Shown here: piece by piece, positions 10,501-22,500 of the stretch
Layout of the letters: every line of letters begins with the position of its first letter
Numbering within the stretch: position 1 is the first letter of the stretch
Notes under the pieces: model-generated
Databases searched by the model: none
Seen by the model: only the letters and a program-made list of their open reading frames with translations
What the model was told of the DNA's origin: nothing
NCBI GenBank assembly: GCA_002633005.1
Contig: NMRA01000345.1
Span: 186,001 to 250,000 of the forward strand
Length of the DNA stretch: 64,000 nucleotides
Origin: Phoronis australis
Taxonomy: Eukaryota; Animalia; Phoronida
Reading direction: 5' to 3'
Program-made: the position numbers and the translations under genes

Positions 10501-13500
10501 GTAAGTACACAGACTTGTGAGTAGTATCCTACATTGTCTTTTAAGGCTTAAAATCGAGTTACAGGATGACTAGTAGAAAAAGCGCCCACCTGAAACACAC
10601 TGACCCCTTTATGGTACTGATTACGTTGAACAGCCTTACCAGTATTCGTGGATGGGGTTCCAAAGGTCGAAGCCTGGTTCGTCGCAGACGACCCAAAGGA
10701 GAAACCTCCAGTGCCTGACTGTGAGGCAAACGGCGTTGAAAATGGCGTTTGAGTCTGTGTACCTCCAAAAGCGGCTGTATTAGTCGTGCTGCCAAACGCT
10801 GGTGGATTGGACGTGCTTCCGAATGCAGGTGGATTTGCTGTGCTTCCAAACGCAGGTGTATTGGTCGAGCTTCCAAACGCTGGGGGATTTGCTGTGGCAC
10901 CAAACGCTGGTGGATTTNTTTTCTTAGTAATGAATGACATTAGTGGTGATGGAGGAACAGATAAACTCAAGCGCCTGTGCAGTCAACCACAAGAACAAAA
11001 AAAAATTACGGGTGGTTGCATTTCAAACTTATAAAAAATTACGGGTGGTAGGCTGAAGAAATAAATTAAAAATATGGGTGGTGGGTGCGAAAAAAAGGTG
11101 CCTTCCCCCCCCCTCCCATACAGATTTTACTGGAACAGCCCTTACTAAAAGACATGGTAATGTGTTTTAATTTGTGGTGGGTTGGTAAAGAAGTTAAAAA
11201 TTAATTCGACTTTCTTCTTTCACGAAACACTCGGCTAAGTACACAGACTTGTGAATAATATCCTAGATAGCCTTTTAAGGCTTAAAATCGAGTTACAGGA
11301 TGACTAGTAGAAAAAGCGCCCACCTGAAAACACACTGACCCCTTTATGGTACTGATTACGTTGAACAGCCTTACCAGTATTCGTGGATGGGGTTCCAAAG
11401 GTCGAAGCCTGGTTTGTCGCAGACGACCCAAAGGAGAAACCTCCAGTGCCCGACTGTGAGGCAAACGGCGTTGAAAATGGCGTTTGAGTCTGTGTACCTC
11501 CAAAAGCGGATGTATTAGTCGTGCTGCCAAACGCTGGTGGATTGGACGTGCTTCCGAATGCAGGTGGATTTGCTGTGCTTCCAAACGCAGGTGTATTGGT
11601 CGAGCTTCCAAACGCTGGGGGATTTGCTGTGGCACCAAACGCTGGTGGATTTGTCGTGCTACCGAACACCGGCGCATTGGACGTGCTACCAAATGCCGGT
11701 GGATCAGACGTACTTCCAAACGCAGGAGGATTTGCTGTGGTACCAAACGCAGATGTATTAGCCGTGCTTCCGAATGCTGTTGGATTCCTTGCGGTACCAA
11801 AAGTAGGATTCGCCGTAGTGCCGAATGCTGGTGTATTTGCAGATGATCCAAAAGCTGGAGGATTCACCGCGTTACCAAATGCGGGTGGATTGGCTGATGA
11901 TCCAAAAGCTGGGACAGATGCCTGAATGCCACCAGATTCTGCAAAAAATAACATTCTCCTTTAAGAATCATATCAGCTTTAATGATCAACACATACAAAA
12001 CGACGACCATAAAATGTCCCCCTGATAAACTCGTCCAAATTAGTTTTATTTTTGCTTAAGAATTTGTACCATCAACATTATTTTGAGGGTGCCTCCTCAA
12101 GAAATACTTGGAAAATGCCAAATATTCTCTCCTCATAAATAATTTCACCAGGATTGATTGAAAATTTCACAAGTCGGTCTCATGCTGGCAATTAACTTTC
12201 TTCCAGCAAATAGAATTTAATGGTACGTACGTTGAGAACCAAAGCTAAAGGTGGCTGGCGAAGCAAATGCTGGCACGCTCCCCATGGTAGCGGGCTCACC
12301 AGATAATGAGAGGGTTGCTGAACCAAACGTTGGTGTTTGAGACACAGCAGAGGGACCGTTAAAAGGCGAGTTGGTACTACCTGGAACCCACACGTGCACA
12401 CACATCAGACTGACAGTAAATCAGAGGGGTTGGATTTCTTGTTCCACAACAGAACAAAGCACAATGGACAACCACCACTGTCCTGCCCACATTGGTGAAC
12501 ATGCTGGCAGTTCAGCTACTTGTGTCAAGCTTAGTGGCAGTGAATCATCCTGTCGCAGCTATCAACGAACTGCACAGGTACCATGGTGCTATCACGTGAA
12601 ATTAAGAATCCGGACTACACACATTAAAAAAACAAAACAAAAGGTTCTACAAAAGAACATGAACCAAAACAATAGTTTTCAAAGACGGTGCTGCTTGGGG
12701 CTTGAAATGGCAAGAAAAAAGTCCCACTTTAGTGAGAGGGTGACTTTGTAAAAAGACAAAACAATGAAAGTGATCCAGGGAATGACAGAATCGAACTAAC
12801 ACTGATGACAAAACACAACTGATCCCACACAGCTTTCCTGAGGACAAACAGAACAGAACGGAGGCCATCACTAAAGCTGCTATGAAACTGCTTCCAATCA
12901 AAAGTTCCAACTTTTAACGTAGACTGCTTATAGCTACAGAACTGGTCACAGCTTGTAACTTACTGGGACCAGAAGTTATTTACACATTGGGAAGAAGCGA
13001 CAGTTTGATAGTTATTACCCGAGGTCCCACTCAGAGCATAAAAACAGCTTATTATTTAAAATGACTTATTCTTATTGAAATGACATATATTAAAAGGATC
13101 CACTGGGTCTTGAGAACCAACGAAATGTCACTTCTCAAACCCAGAATTCAGTTCTCATCAGTGTTAAGGGTGGCTTCATAACAGCTTTGTGACAACACGG
13201 TTCATGAAGTTAATAAAATCATTTCCTACCTGTGCCGAAGGTATTAGCGGACTTTTTTGCTTGAGGCTCAGAATCTGAAAGGAGAAGTAGACAGAGATGT
13301 GGCAGCAGGAATATTTTTAACTATCGTTGAAACCACGGCGGTTGCTAAGCAGCACAGAAGCTCATGAATCTCGATTGACATTACAAAACAAATTATCACG
13401 CTTATACAACGGTGTAGTGACAGAGGCAAAGCTCACTAGGGGGCGATAGATGCAAACTTAAGATAATTTTACTAACACTAGCAATGATAGTACTAAAGCG

Positions 13501-16500
13501 TATTATAGGAATCCGATCTGGATTTGACGTTCCGAAGTAAGCCAAATTTGGAGATTTTTCTTGGGGCCTACATAACTTAAAGGATGGCTTTAAGTGAGAA
13601 ACCTCCACCGATCCTTCTCAAGTTATAGACAAAGATTACAGGAAACAACCGTTTACTTTCTAAAAGCTTTTTACCTCTATCTAGGCTGCGCTTGGTGGCC
13701 ACAGACCCTGTGGATGACTGAGAAGTGAAGATGTTGGGCACCGTATCAGACAGCTGAGGCGTCTTGCCAAAGTTGAACGTCGCTGTGGACGCAGGCTTGG
13801 GCTGGTCACTAGGTAGGCTCGAGAATGGGCCTAGAATTTGAACAGAACAAATATGGACATTAAAGCCTCATGTAATGGCATCTTTGAAAACCTCTTGGGT
13901 GAAACCTCTTGTATTATTTTCTTACAAGGCGTTGTACTTACACATGCTAGGCAGTTCAGCATTAAGAGGTAACCCACAGCATTTAAACCCTTGCTTGAGT
14001 GTGTTTGTGAGACTTTCAAAAAAAATTTGGTTTGGGGTGAGGCAGTGGGTTCAAAATATGTCTAGGTAAAGACCACAACCAACTGCGTTTTTTTGGCATA
14101 AAAGAACTGACACACCTAAATTCCATTGAGATGTAACTATAGTCAATACACACTGCTCAACACCAGAGGAGTAGGCTCCAATTTTCAATCTATGATTAAC
14201 GAAAGAATGGTTGATAAACAAGTGACAATAATGATAGTCAACTTGCAACAAAACTTTTCCGAAATTTATCCAAAATGCTACGAACCGACTAGAAATGGGT
14301 CGTGATCAAACACTCTGTGTGTACCTGATGAGCCACTGTTCAAATTCGACGCGCCAAACACAGGTTTTTGTTGCTGCGTCTCCTCCTGTTTAGCAGCACC
14401 AAATGTGAAAGTACCAGCACTGCCACTCGCAGTAGATGTGCCAAAGTTAAATAATGCCGGTTTTGCCGGCTCCTGCAATCTCTGGCCGATCTGTGTCGGC
14501 TCCAATTCAGGCCCAGAGCCGCAATTGCCAGGTTTAGCAGCAAACGTGAAGCCACCTGTTGTCGATTCACCATCATTACCGATGGGCGGCTTTGCATTCG
14601 CATCACTGTTGACGCCAAAAGCGAAACCTGATTTTGCAGGTTCAGTCGAGGTGTTGGAGTTAGCATTCGTAGATCCGAAAATAAAAGTCGATGGAGGCTT
14701 TGGTTCGTTTTCACTACTAGCTTTAACAGGTGCAGCTCCAAAGTTAAATGTTGGCATAGGCTGCTTCTTGTCATTATTGACGTTTGCAGTTCCAAATGCA
14801 AATGCCGGTTTGGCTGACTGCTCCAAACTGTCTTTTACTTTAGTCTGGACATCAGACTTGTTAATAGTCTGTCCAAAAATGGAGGACTGTTCTGTATCAC
14901 TTTTAATATCATTGCTTCCAAATACAAAACCCCCAGACAGAGGCTTACTGGACTGCGATTCCTCGGCTTTATCCTCACCATTCTTGGATGTACTTTTCAA
15001 CATAAATCCGGATTCGCTTGGTCCCTTAAACTGAAAGCCTCCAACTGGCTGACTGCCAGTTGTTGACTTTTCCATGCTCAAATTTGACTTCTCATCAGCA
15101 CTGCCTTCCTTGGTCACAGTTACAGACTTGAACACTGAGGCTACACTAGGAGACGATGTACCGACATTGCTTGGACCCTTAAACTGAAAGCCTCCAACTG
15201 GTTGACTGCCAGTGTTATCGGCCGTTGTTGATTTTTCCATGCTCAAATTTGACTTTTCATCAGTACTGCCCTCTTTGGTCACAGCTACAGACTTAAACAC
15301 AGAGGCTACACCAGAAGACGAAGATTGCAAGGAGGTTGTGCTGTCGCCACTAGCAGGCTTAAAGAGGAATCCAGTCGTAGTTGGCATCTGGGAGCTGGCA
15401 GGCGAGCTTGCTGTTGACTCAGATGCGGCAGAAGCGACCCCAAACGAGAATTTGATACCACCGCCCGGGGCCAATGCGGCAGAACTGTCACTGGACGAGC
15501 CAACTGGCTTGAAGGAAATACCGGTGTCTTCATAACCTGTGAATGAATTGGTAAAAGGTTCAAGTTAAAGGTTATACTCCAAAAGAACTTTATTTTGACC
15601 AAAACGCATTATTTTGTAATAGCCTGACGACGAGTTATAAGGTATTTCTGACGTGATGCAAATGGCAATCTTGATAACAATAACGTAGAACCTTTAATAG
15701 TAGCCCAAGCATTTATTAACTTCAGATGTGACCCAGACTTGGCTTCTGCAAGAGACTGGCAGTGAAAAACGATAAAGTGTTTATTACTTAGGCAAACACT
15801 ACAAAAAACAATCCCATCATTTCTGAAACCTTATGCTATAGCATTGGATGAAGGCTGAACTCTTAGGATCAATGCATTCTTATGTGTTCTCAGAAAATGC
15901 ACCATTCCATCAAAAAGGGTCTGGCCTATTCAACACACACACATTCAACACATGTGTTGTTTGTGTGTTTTATTATTAATGAACATTTTCGTAGGAGAGT
16001 TTAGTCAGCCAGTGCCTTATCATCTCTGACATTATTCATCACTGCTGTCATGGTTGCTGGCATTGTTGTAATGGCCAAACATGCGAGGACATGAATAGAA
16101 TATATTCAAATGTACCCTGGCTCATTGTAAATATTACATTAATAAATAATAAATAAATAAAGTAATGCCATGGCTTCGGGATTATTGCATTTTTGTATGT
16201 TCCCAGGAAATGCAATACTTTCACCTACAAGGGCATGGGTTTCGCACAGGATTTTATCGTAATAAAAACGCCATAAACTGTCATCTATTACAAGGTCACA
16301 ACAGTATCACAAACTAGGCTAGTACTGGAGATCAGGGTTTGTCAATTGTAAGATATAACCAGACTCCAGCTTCTACTAGAGATCGCCTTCTACAAGAAAA
16401 CCAGTTTCAAATGCAGGCTTTATACAAAAGTTCAAAGTATCTTTAAATGAAGAAACATAACAAAATACCTTCTTTGGTAGCAGAAGAAATAGTCCTTAGT

Positions 16501-19500
16501 GAATTGTAAAAGCTATTTTGCATCCTAAGACAATAAATCCAGCACCTTGACCTACCTGGCCTGGGGGTTTCACAAGCTGCACAGCGTATGACTTGACCCT
16601 TGTTATTCACGGCACACGTAATGCACTCCCACGGCTCGCTGGACTTCTTAGTCTACAGTCAGATAAAAAAGTAATTGTGACACTCACACGTGCACATTAG
16701 AAGTGGGCGGATGACAGGAAACAATCTCAATTTGTTTAAGATTAAGACATTGAACAGATGAAGTATGATTGGGTTTTTAATGGCTATGACATGAATAAAA
16801 TGATATCAACCTCAGAGCTTGCAACCCATTTAGCGCATAATCAGCAACCTTCAAACTAAAATACGTACTTTCCAAGTGAAAGCTTGTAAGATTTCCAAAA
16901 ATTTCAGAAAGTTGAAATTCCAATCTAAAGATGGTGTGATACACCAAAAAATCTAACAATTTTAAGTGTCAAGTAGTGTTCACCAAAAGTGACTTTAAAA
17001 CTCATCATGACGTCATGGTTTTCCATTCAGCGCAGTTGATTTTTCCAAACTCAGTGTTCTTCACAACAGAAAATTTCAACTGGACTAGAATTACAAAATT
17101 CAAGTTTATGTTCGAAAGTCCATGTCCATACTGTGTAGAGTTTGTGTGTTAAGTCTTGGAATAATGCATTGAAGTGGTACCAAAAGGCCAAAATGTTGTA
17201 ATCTCTCAAAACTAAGTCGTTGCATCAGTTTTGAAACTCGATGCAAGGAAGCCAAACTCCTCATGGCAAAATTCAAACTCGACGCAGTGACGTGTCAAAA
17301 CAGGTTGTGGATCACCGCCCAGCAAACATCAAAATCTCACCAATTCCTGATCAACACCTTGGTATTCAATGCTGAAGTCGACATGACAAAACGCAGTGAA
17401 TTTCTCTCCCCATTTTCTAAATGTAATCTACATCCTTGGAATATTCGTCTCTGAAATCCCGCTCTCTACTTTTTGACATTATATTCAAAGCAAGAAAGTA
17501 GCCCACAATGCAACATCAAGTAAACATGTTTTTACTGGTCAGTCATTCACAAACTAACTTCATTTGACCAATCATGAAAGGGAAAGCCTGATATGCATAT
17601 TACATTATACACTGGTACTCAGGATGCACCTTATTGGTTCAATCATGCCTTTTTGACTATTTGTATTATTTAACGGAGTTTTATTGCTTGAACCTCCAGA
17701 CTATATTTTTTTAAAAAAATAAATCCGTAAAAATTTAAAACCAATGCGCAGAAACTTTTGGCCCTACAGTACGCAGAATATGGCTTAATCCATAACAGTC
17801 CTTCAAATGGCCACTATATCCCAAAATCAACAATAGCCATGGTCTCCTCAATGGCCATGGTCTCCTCAATGGCCATGGTCTCCTCAATGGCCATGGTCTC
17901 CTCAATGGCCATGGTCTCCTCAATGGCCATGGTCTCCTCAATGGCCATGGTCTCCTCAACAGGCTCACATATGCCAAGCTTCATAGAGATCCATCACGAC
18001 TTCAATGACACTGAGGCAGGCACAAAGAAAGCTACAACTGCCATAGCAGTCGGGCACATAAAAATCATACTTCATCAAGATCCATTAAGGATCCTAGGTA
18101 GATATTGAAGCAAAGAAGGGCAAAATACCACTAGGGGGCACCACAGTAGTCGGATCCATATACAAATTAATATCAGCTGCACTCTTCTTAACAGGATGTC
18201 ATGCCATGACCTTTTGAGCGGTTCGGCAGATACAGAAGTAGACACCGCAAAAAATCAAATTGTAATAAAACGCCCCAAAGAATAGATCAAATCCACCTGA
18301 AAAGTTTTGTGATCGGTCCAACACAAGCCCATTTGCCAATAAATTTCCCCTTTTTTTTCAAAGTTATGAAAACGTTCACAACTGTAACGTATATCTTGCA
18401 CCTTCAATAAAAAGAAGTTGACTATCAGGAAAGCCAATATTACTACCTAACAAGCCAACTGGAACCAATTACCTGTGATGAGAAAAGCAGACCTTGTCCC
18501 CCCAGATTGGGCTTGAATCCACCAGTGATGGGAGCACCAGGCTTGTTACTCTGGGAAGCCACACAGGAGTCGGTATCAGGTTTCTGGAAGATCAAGCATG
18601 ACCCACAATGCCATTCACCCGGAAGCTACACACGGATATCAAACACAGCAATGTTTCATCTAATTGGCATACGAAGCGGAATTTCATTTGTCAAAATTCT
18701 CGGCAACAATACCCATAAAGGAAATTCTTCCTCTTTTAAACACGACTGGTATAAAACAGCAAGAACACAAATTTCTGGTAACCCATAGCAATGTAGTTAG
18801 CTATAATTCGAAAGACAGAAAACTGGCAATTTCTCAATACATGGAAACAACTGTCAGCGGGTTACTGGTAAAAACACGGAAAAGAATTTTAAGTCACAAA
18901 ATGAATTCCTTTAGAATTAAAAGTAAGTATTAATTAACAGTTGTCTAGTTTACCTGATCTTAAGTCAACAAAAAGAAATTCAGGTGGTTCTCCTTCCGAA
19001 GCCCATGAAACTCACTAACATGCCAACACACATTTGTGCTAATCACACATCTAATATTACGCTACACCAGTTAACCCAGATCATTCTCACCTTTTCTTGA
19101 CCAAACAGTCCTTTTACAGAGGCTCCAAACATTTGTTGAGATGAACTAGAGGTGGCACCACCAGGCTTGTTGCTGCTGCATGCAGCACAAGTGATTACGT
19201 CGGGCTTGTTCCTGATCATACACATGTCACATTCCCATGAGCCAGCTTCGTGCTTCTGTATAAAGGGAGGTGGCGCTGCAGTCTGGGTCGAGGCGGAAGT
19301 GGGCTTTGAACTCTGACAAGCGGCGCAGTTGGCAGCTTCTGGTTTGTTGGTGATCAAACACGTCTCGCAATCCCACGATCCGACTGGCTGCGGGTGGAAA
19401 GAACTCAAATTAGAGTGTCGTGATTTTGAGTCTTAGAAGGCAGACTAGAAGAGTTGTAAATAATTTAACAACCAACATTATTCCTCAATTGCTGGTTCTC

Positions 19501-22500
19501 TGCCAACTACAAAATCTTGCAGTTCTCTTTTCCCATGTAACTTAGAAGAAAACATAAGTGAAGTAATGTTGGCAGTCAACACATGTCAATCACCAATGCA
19601 TGAGTAAGCGAAAACTGAAATTCTGCAACTAATTCCCAAAGCCAACAAAACGTTTTCTTGACGTCACCAGAACTTGACAATTTTCCAATGTGGGTTAACT
19701 GTAGCCCTAACGATACAACAAACTTCGATTTGGCAAAGCCTCACCTTTACTTGAACAAACAATCCTTTCGCAGATACTCCCAATGTTTGTTTAGATGAAC
19801 TAGACTTTGCACCACCAGTCTCAGCAGCAACTTTGTGTTTCTGAACAGGTGGCATTGAACTCTTATCCGAGGCGGAAGCAGGTTTTGAACTCTGACAAGC
19901 AGCGCAAGATGAGGCATTAGGCTTGTTCCTGATCATACATGTGTCACATTCCCATGAGCCAGCGTCGTGTTTCTGTACAAAGGGAGGTGGCAATGCAGTC
20001 TTGGCCGAGGCAGGAGCGGGCTTTGAACTCTGAAAAGCGGCACATGTAGGGGCATCTGGCTTGTTGATGTCGGCAGGTGGCTTGCCAAATAGGAAGCCAG
20101 AGCTTTTGGTTTTGTCTGAAAAAGAAGGTCTCGTAGCATGGAGTATGACCCACATCAAACACCTGTTTACCTCAACTATGTACCCTCTACATTTAAGTCT
20201 CGCACAGCACAAATTAGGTCAAGCCAAAGTATCACTTGTAATTAAGAATGCTGACCCATCTATCGAAGAACCAAAACAAAGGGTTCCAGCAACTTCAAAA
20301 CATAAACCATGAAAATGGCTTTCAAAGAGGGAGCTGCATGGGACTCTGACAACAGTCAGTTATAGGGGTTAAGCATTTTGAGAACCAGTTTTCTCCACTG
20401 AATAATGGGCATTAAACTGGTTCTCAAAATCCGGGACCCCAGCGATTATTACCAGGACTTTAATTGAAGGGCAGGTGTCACCAAAAAAGCTGCATACTTC
20501 TCTAATTCAAGAATGCTCATCTTTGCACTCTTGTTCAAGAACAGAAAAGTTTACAGCGACAGAGTCTTTCCGAACTGTTTAACGCTCTGCAAAACAACTA
20601 CCAGGTGTCACTGACAACAAAAATTTCATGTGACAAGGAAACGTGTATTTGACCAGGTCAATGTCCCCTCATGGAGTCAAACGCGCGTCTACCTTTCAGG
20701 GATACGACCACCCTTATTAACATCGGCCACTCACACGTCTTGTCCTAATTTAGCATTCATGTCCTTCACAACATCTGTTTGTGGAGAACTTCCAACTCCC
20801 AAAACACATCCAATTTACCGTGACTGACTACATTTCACCGACGTCTTCTTGTTTGTTTCACGCAAGTGAAGACTTCAACAAAATTTCAAACACTCAGGCC
20901 CACCTTTACATCATCTCCCTAACAATTGCGGATCTAAATAAAAAAATGCCTTGGGCATTAACCGAGACAAATAGTCACATGTTAAGCTTACCTTCAACCT
21001 TATCCTGCATAACACAGTCAGCACTACTCTCTGCTTGTCCAGCTGTTCCTTTCTTCAGCACATCCATAACACTCCCAGTCACCAGTTCTGCTGCCGGCTT
21101 CACTCCACCAAACCCGCCAGACACTGGTTTGCCAAGAATATCCATCACACTACCTGCCTTGAGCTCCACTGCAGGCTGTAGACCACCAGAGAACGTGGGA
21201 GACGGTTGAGTTTTAGGTTTAGCCTTAGCCTTCGCGAGCTTTGAAACGTCGACAGGNTCCCAAAACACATCCGATTTACCGTGACTGACTACATTTCACC
21301 GACGTCTTCTTGTTTGTTTCACGCATGTGAAGACTTCAACAAAATTTCAAACACTCAGGCCCACCTTTACATCATCTCCCTAACAATTGCAGATCTAAAT
21401 CAAAAAATGCCTTGGGCATTAACCGAGACAAATAGTCACATGTTAAGCTTACCTTCAACCTTATCCTGCATAACACAGTCAGCACTACTCTCTGCTTGTC
21501 CAGCTGTTCCTTTCTTCAGCACATCCATAACACTCCCAGTCACCAGTTCTGCTGCCGGCTTCACTCCACCAAACCCGCCAGACACTGGTTTGCCAAGAAT
21601 ATCCATCACACTACCTGCCTTGAGCTCCACTGCAGGCTGTAGACCACCAGAGAACGTGGGAGACGGTTGAGTTTTAGGTTTAGCCTTAGCCTTCGCGAGC
21701 TTTGAAACGTCGACAGGCGATGTGAACTTGAACTCCTGGGGAATGAGGGCAAGTGAAGCCACAAAATGAACAATCACATGAAAAACAATAATTGCAGGTG
21801 ATCTGGTACACATTGTACCAGACGTGCGCAGGCCGCTCAGGTAGGCCCAATGCACTGATCACCTAGAACCATTTTCAAGCTTTACAAATGCATAGTTAAA
21901 ACTGAGCCGACTAGCTGGACTCAAAGGTCTAGCAGTGTATCCTAGTGGGACTTGAACCCACAACCTTGAGCAAAGGAAGCGTACACCTATCCCACTAGGC
22001 CACACGGACTCCCAAATCACATGTGGTAAAATCTCATCGACTTAGGACTCCATAAGGCATGCATGAGAACTTTTATTTTCTCATTTTTTCATACAAGATA
22101 TGTAGCATCAAACCAACGCTTCACCGTGTTCAAGTTGTGTACCATGGCTACTATGAGAAACTATTTAAAAAAAACGTGGTCGTTCACAACAATGTTGAAA
22201 AACCTTGAATTTAATATGAAAAAAGGTGATTTGGGAAATTATTTTGTCCGAAATTGGAGAAAACTTTAATCATATTAAACCAAGGAGAATGCTCACAACA
22301 AGTGGAGATCTAAACTTTTCCTCCTAAAGACGATTTTGCTTCGAATTACTGAAACCCTACCATCAAACTAATCGCTTTCCTATTACTAATTTCAATTGGA
22401 ATGCCTTGTCCCCTACCATCAAACAATATTATAATTAGGTGTACTTTCAAACTCTAATTAAGGTCATTTCTCTTTCACGTAACCGACCATACAATGTGCA

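Noticed and set aside
10640-10917. Extra PAFG exon of NUP153
   Set aside because: Duplicate of exon 21 ending at an N with no acceptor; best explained as a second haplotype
11282-11925. Long overlapping ORFs (RPIHQRL..., LPNAGG...)
   Set aside because: Shadow frames and antisense of the 27-nt PAFG repeat
14405-15535. Plus-strand ORFs of 209 and 107 aa
   Set aside because: Antisense shadows of NUP153 exon 17
17735-18108. RRPWPL/MAMVSS repeat ORFs, or a CRISPR-like array
   Set aside because: Perfect 18-bp tandem repeat with no spacers and no splice context; eukaryotic intron
20734-20794. Possible small extra NUP153 exon (GSSPQTDVVKDMNAKLGQD)
   Set aside because: Weak acceptor and incompatible end phase; exons 12 and 13 join in frame without it
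21940-22014. tRNA gene (also 27236-27305)
   Set aside because: A/B boxes present but the cloverleaf is poor and both continue into a shared body, tail and TSD, so they are SINE heads
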